This document shows, in pieces, positions 46,596-55,484 of a stretch of DNA of 60,988 nt. The DNA is from a virus (taxonomy: Duplodnaviria > Caudoviricetes), in the IMG/VR virus record IMGVR_UViG_3300031753_000298, positions 1 to 60,988 of that record. One strand, given 5' to 3'. Numbering within the stretch: the stretch's first letter is position 1; each line of letters begins with the position of its first letter. A program made the translations under genes and the position numbers. The notes under the pieces are model-generated. The model did no database searches. It had not been told where the DNA came from and was given only the letters and a program-made list of their open reading frames with translations.

Positions 46596-47276
46596 CTACT
46601 GATTCTCCTGCTCCCACATCCGTTTGTAGCCCTTCGATCCCGCCCCGACCTTGCCGTTCCACGGCTTGATCTTCTTCGGGTCGAACGCAGTCTGGGCGTT
46701 CAGGATGTTGCGGACCTTCAACCGGTTCTTGTAGCGCGGATCGTCGCCACCATCGGGACGGCGCAGGAACACGACTTCGAGACCGGTGAGCAACTTGTTG
46801 TGGTTCTCGATCAGCTCGTCGAAGGTCTGCGCACGGGCCGTGATCCCGACTCCGGCGCTCGTCCGTCCGGCGTCCTTCGCAAGCGTACGCAACTCTTGCA
46901 ACGTAGCGGTCCCGTCGTTGTTCGCGACCGCGATGCGGAACTGAGTCTGCTGCTTGTTGCCTTCCTCATCGGGCAGAGTGCTTGCGTCCACGTTGATGTC
47001 ATCCACGAAGCCCTTCGGCATGAACACGTCGTAGGTCACTTCGAGCGATGGCACGTTGGTGGACTGCAGGCCCACGATGACCGCAACGGTCTCTTTCTCG
47101 TTGTCGTAACGCTTCACCGTGACACTCGTGATCACGCCCTGGTGAGCATCCGGAATGGCCGGCGGCACCGCGAGCGAACTGGTCGCAAAATAATCGATAT
47201 CGCCCGCGCCTTCAGGAGCGGACTCGAACGCTTCGGTTACGCTCCCTGCTGCAAACACATCTTGTTCGTCACTCAT
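46596..47276 (-). CDS. Putative single-stranded DNA-binding protein
   Basis: Acidic N-terminus, OB-fold-like beta pattern, located downstream of the Sak4-like ATPase. Confidence 0.45.
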   Translation of the reverse strand: MSDEQDVFAAGSVTEAFESAPEGAGDIDYFATSSLAVPPAIPDAHQGVITSVTVKRYDNEKETVAVIVGLQSTNVPSLEVTYDVFMPKGFVDDINVDASTLPDEEGNKQQTQFRIAVANNDGTATLQELRTLAKDAGRTSAGVGITARAQTFDELIENHNKLLTGLEVVFLRRPDGGDDPRYKNRLKVRNILNAQTAFDPKKIKPWNGKVGAGSKGYKRMWEQENQ

Positions 47277-47339
47277 GTGAAACTCCTCTGTAGCGCTGAA
47301 TTTTGATCGAGCCGCCGCGCCGAGAGCGGGCCGATAAAC

Positions 47340-47630
47340 TTAATTGATCGGATATGCTCCGAGCTGCTCCAGCCGCCCGATCGCCTCTCCGTAACGGAAG
47401 AACACAACGCCGAACGAGATCAGCCGCATCAGATCCTGCACAGTCTCAATAGGAAACCCGGCCGTCATCCCTGCGCCCACGATCCGTTCCTTGAACGCCG
47501 GGAGCTTGATAATCGCGCCGATCTCCTGCGAGTTCGGAGCGTCCGGGCCGTGGCCTTCTTGGATCGCGCGCTCAGACATCTCGCTGATGACCGCTTCGAG
47601 CATCTCGTTTGTGAATGAGATCGCGCTCAC
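47340..47630 (-). CDS. Hypothetical protein
   Basis: Coupled ORF in the recombination operon. Confidence 0.5.
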   Translation of the reverse strand: MSAISFTNEMLEAVISEMSERAIQEGHGPDAPNSQEIGAIIKLPAFKERIVGAGMTAGFPIETVQDLMRLISFGVVFFRYGEAIGRLEQLGAYPIN

Positions 47631-48706
47631 TTGGTCTCCTGCTTCGCGGCCTGCACTTTAGCCCAGAGTTGCGCGAGATTCATGGGTTCCTTGGGCTGGA
47701 GCACGGGCGGCATCCGCATCGCGAGTTCTTTGGGGAGCTTGATCTTCGCGAAGAGTTCTCTCTTGTATATCTGTTCCTTCCCCTTATCGTCTTTCTTCTT
47801 GTACTGCAGATACTGCGGGGTCGTGATGAACTTGCCCTGGCCGCCGCCGTAGAAGCTCGACTTGTCCATGAACAGGACGTACTCAAGCTCGGCGGTGAGC
47901 AGGAGCCGCGCGCCGGTCGGAAGATCCGGACCCATCGCTTCTTCGTTCGCAACCGGGGTCTCGTACTTCTTCGCGAGCGCTGTGAATATCGTGTGCATGC
48001 GGCGATTCTTCAGGCTGATGAGCAGATCGCGTAGGTTATCATTTACGGCTTTGTAGACCTGGCGCCCATCTTTCCGTTCGCGCCCGTCATCTGTCGTCTC
48101 GTTCTCATCCACTAACTGATTCGCGCCCTCGGTCATGTCGTCGATCTGCAGGACGGCGTTTCCATCCGGAGACGCGAGCCGATCCGCCCACTCAGGGAAC
48201 CCGATGTGCCGCGCGAGCTGATCGGGAAACTGCAACGCCCACGAGAGCGCCGCGCCATCCGTAATCTGCGCGACCCGATAACCTTGATTCTTGAGCGGGA
48301 GCATCTGCTCCTGCGCGCGAGTCAGGATGATTAGGGTGCGCTCGGGTCCGCCGAACTCGGCGGCAGTGGTCGTTTTCCTGCTGTCGGTTTCCCCATACAG
48401 TAAGCAATGAAGGAACCCGGACTCTAGCCCCTTCGTGTTAAATCCGACGATCCCTTTGGGCACCGTCATCTTCGCGCCGACCGCGGCGTTCACGCCGGCC
48501 GCAATTGAGGAGGGCTGCTGCACAGACAAAGAAGGGTGAGCGGTAGCTCCAGAAGGCATAGTTACGCTGGATTGAACGGCGCGAATCGTGCCGACCGCGG
48601 TGGGGGCAACTGAAGGAGACACTTTAGGGACGGTTATCCCATTCGGCTGAGCCGGTGTTCCAGGTTGCCCCACAGTCGATGTAGGGGAATCAGGAGAAGG
48701 GGTCAT
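47627..48706 (-). CDS. AAA_24 / Sak4-like ATPase (recombination)
   Basis: LLYGETDSRKTT (degenerate Walker A), LQIDDMT, DGRQVY, IFTALAK, GPDLP.G. Confidence 0.65.
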   Translation of the reverse strand: MTPSPDSPTSTVGQPGTPAQPNGITVPKVSPSVAPTAVGTIRAVQSSVTMPSGATAHPSLSVQQPSSIAAGVNAAVGAKMTVPKGIVGFNTKGLESGFLHCLLYGETDSRKTTTAAEFGGPERTLIILTRAQEQMLPLKNQGYRVAQITDGAALSWALQFPDQLARHIGFPEWADRLASPDGNAVLQIDDMTEGANQLVDENETTDDGRERKDGRQVYKAVNDNLRDLLISLKNRRMHTIFTALAKKYETPVANEEAMGPDLPTGARLLLTAELEYVLFMDKSSFYGGGQGKFITTPQYLQYKKKDDKGKEQIYKRELFAKIKLPKELAMRMPPVLQPKEPMNLAQLWAKVQAAKQETK

Positions 48707-48933
48707 TAGATTACAGGCTCCGTTTCAGTGGTCAGATCCAGTTGGAGGTCTGCCGTTTTGCGCTTGAACTCCTCGGACAACCGCTTGCGAAGGAACTCAA
48801 CCGGATTGACGTTCTCCGGCACAGATTCCGTCACCGAAGTGGAGACCTCTGTGGTTGAGGAGTACGAGGAAGGGCAAAGTTTGGTGATCGACAACGTAAA
48901 ATTTACGGTGTACTGGATACGCTTGTCCTGCAT
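48706..48933 (-). CDS. Hypothetical protein
   Basis: First gene after the promoter at 48969-48997. Confidence 0.5.
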   Translation of the reverse strand: MQDKRIQYTVNFTLSITKLCPSSYSSTTEVSTSVTESVPENVNPVEFLRKRLSEEFKRKTADLQLDLTTETEPVI

Positions 48934-48968
48934 GATTCTGGCTCCGTGCTCACTGATTGAATGAGTGC

Positions 48969-48997
48969 ATTATATCGCGAGAATTACAGGAAGTCAA
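48969..48997 (-). promoter_or_regulatory. Sigma70-type promoter for the replication operon
   Basis: TTGACT, 17 bp spacer, TATAAT on the - strand. Confidence 0.8.
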
Positions 48998-49000
48998 CTG

Positions 49001-49020
49001 AATATGTCAATTTGACACGT
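49001..49020 (-). promoter_or_regulatory. Quasi-palindromic operator, copy 4
   Basis: Reverse complement ACGTGTCAAATTGACATATT, 3 bp upstream of the -35 box. Confidence 0.75.
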
Positions 49021-49990
49021 TCTGCTGTTCCTTCACTTGCTTGTAAAATTCCGCGACGCCCGCATGCAATGCGGTCCCGATCTGCAGTTCGATCTGCTCC
49101 TCTTTGTCGCTGAAGAGACCATTGATCAAGCGGTACTTTTCGAGACACTGGGACGCGAGTGAGTACTGACTCGCGCTGATGATCACTACGTCCGGATCCG
49201 CGAGCTTTTCCGGATCGATATGGATCAAGGAGAGCTGCGTCGCTGGGTCGGTCGGGTCGAACTTCGCGATGGCTTTGTCGTTATCCTCAAGCACAGTCGG
49301 ATGCACATGCTTCGAGCAATACTTCCCGAAGAACTGGCACTCCCGATTGAAGCTGTGACACTGCATGCCGGGAAGCTGCCACGGAACCAGCCCGGACCGG
49401 CGTGCGCATCGGATCTGCGCCGCCTTCGCGCGATATCCGGCCGCGATATCTTCCAACTGTGCAGAACTGAACTCATACAGCTCCGGCGTGTCCGGATCGC
49501 TTGGATCCTTCGGCCAGAACCGGACCGGATTACTCTTCACCGCCGCACGGACCCGAACTCGGGGATTCTGCACAGAGAAGGAGTAGGACTCGCCGGCTTT
49601 GTCGTAGTAGGTGCCGCGGTTGAGCGCGAGAGCGTAGAGGGAGATTTGGGAGCCAGTCGAGATCTCCCGAATCCACACGGTTTCGTTCCACCAGGAGGTC
49701 TCGCGCCCCTTCGCGTCGCGGCGCGGCTCCTTCGCAGATTTCCATTCGTTGCCACGGATGCCGATGGAGTCCTGATCGATCAAATCTTGGACGCCGATCG
49801 CGACCGTTAGCTCGTCGAGCCACAGGACGAATCCGGTCTCGACCGCGAGGATCCGGTTCTGGGAGTCTTTGGCGCCGTGCGTGGAGATCCAGGCGTCAAC
49901 GAGGCCGGCGCCAGTCTCGCGCGCGACCGGGGAGATGTCGAGGGAGGCGATGCTCTGCACAATACGATTGAAGTCAATTTTTAGCGACAC
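49007..49990 (-). CDS. Cas4-like PD-(D/E)xK nuclease, circularly permuted
   Basis: ILAVE..F, G.QDL, EWKS, QISLYA, C......C......C, then ISASQY...QC..KY...IGTALH at the C-terminus. Confidence 0.75.
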   Translation of the reverse strand: MSLKIDFNRIVQSIASLDISPVARETGAGLVDAWISTHGAKDSQNRILAVETGFVLWLDELTVAIGVQDLIDQDSIGIRGNEWKSAKEPRRDAKGRETSWWNETVWIREISTGSQISLYALALNRGTYYDKAGESYSFSVQNPRVRVRAAVKSNPVRFWPKDPSDPDTPELYEFSSAQLEDIAAGYRAKAAQIRCARRSGLVPWQLPGMQCHSFNRECQFFGKYCSKHVHPTVLEDNDKAIAKFDPTDPATQLSLIHIDPEKLADPDVVIISASQYSLASQCLEKYRLINGLFSDKEEQIELQIGTALHAGVAEFYKQVKEQQNVSN

Positions 49991-50180
49991 GAGCTGCCTT
50001 CTTTGGGCGGAGGCAGCATGAGCCGATCCAGCCGCGTTCAGAGATATAGACCCCAGGAGTAGGTTTTCGACAGGATGCGCAAGTATACTTGCCGGGCTGC
50101 CCGAACGGATTCCTTCTCAGCGGTCCGCCAGGCCACGCAGAATACCCCGATTTGCCCTGCAGAACCCCATTTCTAGCCAC
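49974..50180 (-). CDS. Small Cys-containing protein
   Basis: CASC...GSCC; coupled ORF. Confidence 0.4.
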   Translation of the reverse strand: MARNGVLQGKSGYSAWPGGPLRRNPFGQPGKYTCASCRKPTPGVYISERGWIGSCCLRPKKAARVAKN

Positions 50181-50358
50181 GTGAGTGCTCCATTTGAGTA
50201 GTTTTGAGTTCCTTCACAGGAATCGCTATTTTGTGAGGTGTGACGCCTTTATAGGCCGCGATAGGCTGCACAGAAGCTAAGCCGTTCTCATCAATGGATT
50301 TAAGATAACCCGTGCGCCATCCATCCGCGAAATATTGCACCAGATCTCCCGGCTTCAT
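50173..50358 (-). CDS. Small SH3/KOW-like protein
   Basis: MKPGDLVQY....GWRTG. Confidence 0.55.
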   Translation of the reverse strand: MKPGDLVQYFADGWRTGYLKSIDENGLASVQPIAAYKGVTPHKIAIPVKELKTTQMEHSRG

Positions 50359-50576
50359 CCCGCAAACCCGTCCGCTTGATCAGTCGGGTTCGTGGCGTCC
50401 ATCCGCTCGGCCGCAAGCCTGAGCAATGCCGCGGCGCCCTGGTTCCGAATGTGTCCGTTCACCGACCCGGACCAGATCCGAGTCTGATTGATCCAGAGCG
50501 TGCATTCGTAATCGGCGGTCCCGTCCTCGCGCGCTAGGCCGCTCGGGGTGACGTTGTGCGCGGTGAAGATTAGCAT
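50355..50576 (-). CDS. Hypothetical protein
   Basis: ADY...LWIN...I..G.V.GH.R..G pattern; coupled ORF. Confidence 0.55.
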   Translation of the reverse strand: MLIFTAHNVTPSGLAREDGTADYECTLWINQTRIWSGSVNGHIRNQGAAALLRLAAERMDATNPTDQADGFAG

Positions 50577-50782
50577 GAGGGGTCCGGCACCTTATCGTAG
50601 ACACCCTCTTCGAATTCTGCGCGGGCGAGATTATCGAGGGCTTTGTGCCGAGCGTACGCATCGAGCACATACGCGATCTTCTGCACAGGAGTGAAGACAA
50701 GCATTTGCGCGAGGAGCTGGCCGGCAGGCGTGCCCCAGTGGAGCTGAAAATCAATCCAATCTTTCGTGTTCTGTGCAGACAT
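50570..50782 (-). CDS. Hypothetical protein
   Basis: MSAQNTKDW... first ORF of the leftward unit. Confidence 0.5.
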   Translation of the reverse strand: MSAQNTKDWIDFQLHWGTPAGQLLAQMLVFTPVQKIAYVLDAYARHKALDNLARAEFEEGVYDKVPDPSC

Positions 50783-50992
50783 GAAGGAAACTCTCTCTCT
50801 CTCTAGCCGCAAAAATGGAACAGCGCTGCGACTCCGCCCAATAGCACAATCCATGTAATAATTCGTACGAACTCAGTGAGGGCAGATTCTAGGTCGGGAC
50901 TCATTCACAACTCTCATTCAGAACCAAGGCTCAGGCGCAATGTGTTATCGGCAACGCGTCTGAGCCTTAATCGGAGGTCAACAATTGAGTGC

Positions 50993-51021
50993 ATTATAAC
51001 GCGAGATGAGTAATTCCGCAA
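50993..51021 (-). promoter_or_regulatory. Sigma70-type leftward promoter
   Basis: TTGCGG, 17 bp spacer, TATAAT; shares TCTCGCGWTATAATGCACTCA with the 48969 promoter. Confidence 0.7.
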
Positions 51022-51177
51022 GTTAATTGAGCCGAGGACCGTCTGGCTGAAGATAGGGCAGCGGGGGCGGGATATGTGAGAGAGAACTGCAGACGGTCTC
51101 TCTGACTCAATGCGTAGAGGATAGCACAAACCCGAACGCTTAGTTCTGGACCTCGGGTATAATTCGACTTCTCGCCT

Positions 51178-52146
51178 ATGAAATCCGAACTCATTCGAGC
51201 CACAAGAGCACGGTTGGCCTCTATGAAGAACAGTCCTTTTGTTGTGCAGAACTTAATCGCGGTTGGCTCAGTAAACATGCTGGTTGGAGACAGCAACGCT
51301 GGCAAAACGCCGTTCGCGATGCAGCTCGCGTTATGCGTAGCGGCGGGGATCCCGTTCCTCGGGCTGAAAACGACGCCGGGCCTCGTGCTCTACTTTGACT
51401 TCGAGAACGGGGTCGAGAAGATGATGGAGCTGTACGATCGGGTGCGTGAGGGGCTAGGGATTGCAGAGGATCTCGACACGTTCCGTCTTCTCTACTCTGG
51501 CACACGCGACGAGATCGCGAGCGATGTGCGGGAAGGTAAGCCGAGCCTGATCATCATCGATACCATGCGGTCCTTCAATCCAGACACAGAGGAAAGCAAC
51601 ACAAAGGCCGCGAACGTCATGCGTTGGCTCAAGAATCTGTCTCATGTGAACAACGGAAACGGTACGTCGTCTCTATTCCTGCATCACCCCAAAAAGGATC
51701 AGGAGAAACATGAGCGTCCAAGTCTCGACTCGACCGGCCCGATGCAGCACTGGCTTAGTTTCGTGGCTGGTGCCTCGGCGATCGTGAATCAATCCGACAC
51801 TCGGATAGGATTCGAGGCTTACGAGTCCGGCCAGGCTGAAGCAATCGTGCGCGCCACGCGCCGCGGCGAAGGAGAGTTCGGGCCGCTCAAGCTCGGCCGG
51901 ATCCGCCAGGACCAGAGCGGAGACGAATTAGCATACGTACAGATCACCGGAAAGTCGCTCTTGGGCCAGAAGTATCGCGAGGCACTGGGTCATCTACCCG
52001 AGGAGTTTCATTTCACAGACGCAGTTAAGTTGTTGGGCTGGAACAAGAAAGCCGTGTCGAACCTGCTACGAACTCTCATCTCTTCAGGGCTGCTTGAGAA
52101 GCTAGGGAAGCTAAAAACAGCCACTAAATACAAGAAAACACAATAG
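51178..52146 (+). CDS. AAA_25 / RepA-like (SF4) helicase with C-terminal HTH-like region
   Basis: GDSNAGKT, VLYFDFEN, IIIDT, LHHPKK, GASA. Confidence 0.82.
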   Translation: MKSELIRATRARLASMKNSPFVVQNLIAVGSVNMLVGDSNAGKTPFAMQLALCVAAGIPFLGLKTTPGLVLYFDFENGVEKMMELYDRVREGLGIAEDLDTFRLLYSGTRDEIASDVREGKPSLIIIDTMRSFNPDTEESNTKAANVMRWLKNLSHVNNGNGTSSLFLHHPKKDQEKHERPSLDSTGPMQHWLSFVAGASAIVNQSDTRIGFEAYESGQAEAIVRATRRGEGEFGPLKLGRIRQDQSGDELAYVQITGKSLLGQKYREALGHLPEEFHFTDAVKLLGWNKKAVSNLLRTLISSGLLEKLGKLKTATKYKKTQ

Positions 52147-52147
52147 A

Positions 52148-52912
<765 letters not shown>

Positions 52913-52916
<4 letters not shown>

Positions 52917-53245
52917 TTCTGCCTCCGAGCGTATTCCAGAGCGGCTTGCCATACTTGCTCACGGTTTGCCCAATATGGCAAAAGTTTGTTGTTCTTACAA
53001 AATACTAGGAACGCTTTCCGGTCTTCCTCGGGCGAAGGGGAATAAACAGTTAGCGGCTCGTCGGTAATCAGCACCGTACCCGGAGCCGCGCCTTTACTCA
53101 CTGTGATTACTGGAGTCAGGATGGGCTGTGGGTCAGCCAAAGAATAAGAATTGTCTGGGTGTCGGACATAGTAGCTTGGTTGCATGTGTACCGATGGCGG
53201 GGCTGAAGGCATATCGTAGATGCTGTGTGGCGGGACGGTGGTCAT
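52913..53245 (-). CDS. Hypothetical protein
   Basis: GGGGAG Shine-Dalgarno; coupled ORF. Confidence 0.5.
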
Positions 53246-53389
53246 TGATGCTCCCCTGTTTCTTTCTTCTGCACAGACAAAAGCAGCGCGATCTCCCAGA
53301 GACCTAACATGATCTGGGAAAGGATCCGATCCTGCGTAGAATACGATCCGTCCGCGAGAGCGTGCAGGTTATCAATCTTCCTCTCGATC

Positions 53390-53647
53390 TCAGTTGATTC
53401 CATATTTCGGCTCCTTGAACTCTATTCGTTCCCCTGTCTCCGTGTTCTCCATCCCCTGCACCACGTTGCTCGCGGTCCGCCGCGCATAGTCCGCAGCGTA
53501 CTCCGTAACCAATATGCGCGCGAGACAAAACTTCGTGATACCACTCATCTGCTGGGCAGACAACTCGGCCCCTAACTCGGTCGTCCCGCTCGCAATCCGG
53601 ATGAGGGTGCAGGTTAGCTTGTCATAATCAGGATCGACGTATTTCAT
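53390..53647 (-). CDS. Hypothetical protein
   Basis: GGAGG Shine-Dalgarno; ATGA coupling. Confidence 0.5.
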   Translation of the reverse strand: MKYVDPDYDKLTCTLIRIASGTTELGAELSAQQMSGITKFCLARILVTEYAADYARRTASNVVQGMENTETGERIEFKEPKYGIN

Positions 53648-54132
53648 TGCACCCCTCCCGCCCCGAAACCCTGCACGTGCAGTTTTGCGTGCAGCTCCTG
53701 CTCCTTTCGGATCCGCTCAAACTCTTCCGTGCGCATCCGGGCCTCCTTTACCTGTAACGCCCCAAACTCCACATTGGTCTCGTCTACTTTAGCGAGCGTG
53801 CGGAGCCGCGCGAGATACGCCGTCGCGAGTTCGTACACCACGAGTTCCGCGTTCGCTATCCCCACGAGCGAGCCGAGCGTGACGGCCGCCCAGAGTTCGA
53901 GAGAGGATCCGGCCTGCACAAGAAGGAAGGGTTCGTAGCGGTAGAGGAAGAACGTGAGCCAGGCGGAAGTCCAGACGCTGAAGCAAAATGAGCAAGTCAG
54001 AAAGTAAGCGAGCTTGCGACTCCAGAAGTACGTGCGTGAGCGTGCCCAGTTGCGGACTTCCAGGGAGACCTCTTCTTTGGTTTGAATCCGCGTGATAACG
54101 GCGACGAGTGTGGCGAGAGCGAGTAGGTTCAT
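53644..54132 (-). CDS. DUF1360-like membrane protein
   Basis: ITRI..KEE.....R.W...LAYFLTCSFCFSVW plus TM helices. Confidence 0.6.
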   Translation of the reverse strand: MNLLALATLVAVITRIQTKEEVSLEVRNWARSRTYFWSRKLAYFLTCSFCFSVWTSAWLTFFLYRYEPFLLVQAGSSLELWAAVTLGSLVGIANAELVVYELATAYLARLRTLAKVDETNVEFGALQVKEARMRTEEFERIRKEQELHAKLHVQGFGAGGVQ

Positions 54133-54396
54133 TGTTCGTTGTCCTTCCGAGTCTTGGCTGCGAGAAACCCTGTGAAGATGCCTAGAAGCCAGCAAATAAG
54201 AGCGATCGCTGTGCATTCATTGTCACTGATCATCCGTTCAATCATTGTGTCAGCTCCAGAAGATCGCAAAGCGCAATCAGAATCTTGCACGCGCGGCGTT
54301 CAGGCGTTGTGTTGTAAACATCGTTGCGAACGAACGGATGCTGATCCGCAAGATATACGCTCGCATGTTTGAGAACAAGGAGCGCGTCGTATACGC

Positions 54397-54624
54397 TCAC
54401 AACATTCTCTCCTGTGCAGGCAGATCGTTCACGAACCGCATGAGGTTGTACATTTTGATGATTTGCCGGACCGTTAACTTGCGCCCGGTCGGAAGATCAA
54501 TCTTTGTGTCCCACACGCCCCGATCGGCGAGCTGCAGCACCATCTTGATGAGTTGCGCGCTCGTGTCGCACGTGCGGACCTGGCGCTCGGCTTGTTCGAT
54601 TTCGGAGGTAAGGTAGCGGCTCAC
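54397..54624 (-). CDS. Hypothetical protein
   Basis: AAGGAG Shine-Dalgarno, GTG start. Confidence 0.5.
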   Translation of the reverse strand: MSRYLTSEIEQAERQVRTCDTSAQLIKMVLQLADRGVWDTKIDLPTGRKLTVRQIIKMYNLMRFVNDLPAQERML

Positions 54625-54685
54625 TTGTACTCCTTGAGTGTTCGATCTTCTGTGCAGAAGAGAACGTTTCCGTTAGATCGCGCCG

Positions 54686-54922
54686 CTATATCCCCATCCT
54701 TCTTCTTCGCTCGCCCTGCTCGTTCTCCCACTCTTTCTGGGCGCGTTGAAGGAACGGAGAGGTCAGGACGGCCCGATACAGACTTCTGCAAGCGTGACAA
54801 TACTGGAGAGCGGTCCGGGCGACCATGCTTAGGGTCACGCACTCTTCGCACCCGCACAGAAGATCCATTGGGGCGCGGCAACTCTTGCACTCGCGATCGC
54901 CGGGAAGAAGGGGCGGTTTCAT
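54686..54922 (-). CDS. Small zinc-binding protein
   Basis: CKSC, CGCEEC, CHAC; GGAGGAG Shine-Dalgarno. Confidence 0.5.
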   Translation of the reverse strand: MKPPLLPGDRECKSCRAPMDLLCGCEECVTLSMVARTALQYCHACRSLYRAVLTSPFLQRAQKEWENEQGERRRRMGI

Positions 54923-55368
54923 GAGAGGATTTTACTCCTCCCACCGCACGCGAATATTCCTCATCCGTGATCGGCCGGCGCCAGGGTTTCGCGGATTCGT
55001 TTATTGAAGAGTTGTGACTATTTTGGCCCATGTTGATTCCACCAATCTCTCACGCACGCCCGCAACTCTCCGTAAAACACTCCGAAGAGAATGATCATAA
55101 TTGCGAAGCGCCAGTTCATATACGCCGCAACAGCCCCCGAAGCGCCCGGAACGGCCACGCTATTGTCCAGAGCATCAGGCCCATTCCGTCCGCGCGAGAC
55201 GCGACGAAATAGTCCGCAGTGCTCGGATGCGGGATGTACAAGGTGCCAATCCGTCGATACGGCGGTACCAAGGGCTTACGTTTGCGCTTACAAGTCTTCA
55301 TTTGTCCTGTGCAGAGGGGAGGGCCGAACTTTATTCTCTCAACATGCGCATTCTCGCTCAATTTAGGC

Positions 55369-55396
55369 TTGCGTGTCAAGAAAAATCGCGTATAAT
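55369..55396 (+). promoter_or_regulatory. Sigma70-type promoter of the RHS gene
   Basis: TTGCGT, 16 bp spacer, TATAAT. Confidence 0.6.
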
Positions 55397-55413
55397 ATGT
55401 CAAATTGACACGT
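55394..55413 (-). promoter_or_regulatory. Quasi-palindromic operator, copy 5
   Basis: AATATGTCAAATTGACACGT, overlapping the -10/+1 of the RHS promoter. Confidence 0.75.
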
Positions 55414-55484
55414 TCGAATTACACGTGCTGGGCCGCCCAGCATTGAATCTCAAAGTGAGACACACAAACCAGAGGAATTTATCT

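Noticed and set aside
46323-47306. 327-aa ORF on the + strand (likewise 40327-41148, 8587-9306, 15717-16469)
   Set aside because: Antisense to well-supported genes in GC-rich DNA; no domain signal.
55101-55484. 128-codon upstream extension of the RHS ORF
   Set aside because: Promoter, operator, Shine-Dalgarno and signal peptide all point to a start at 55485.
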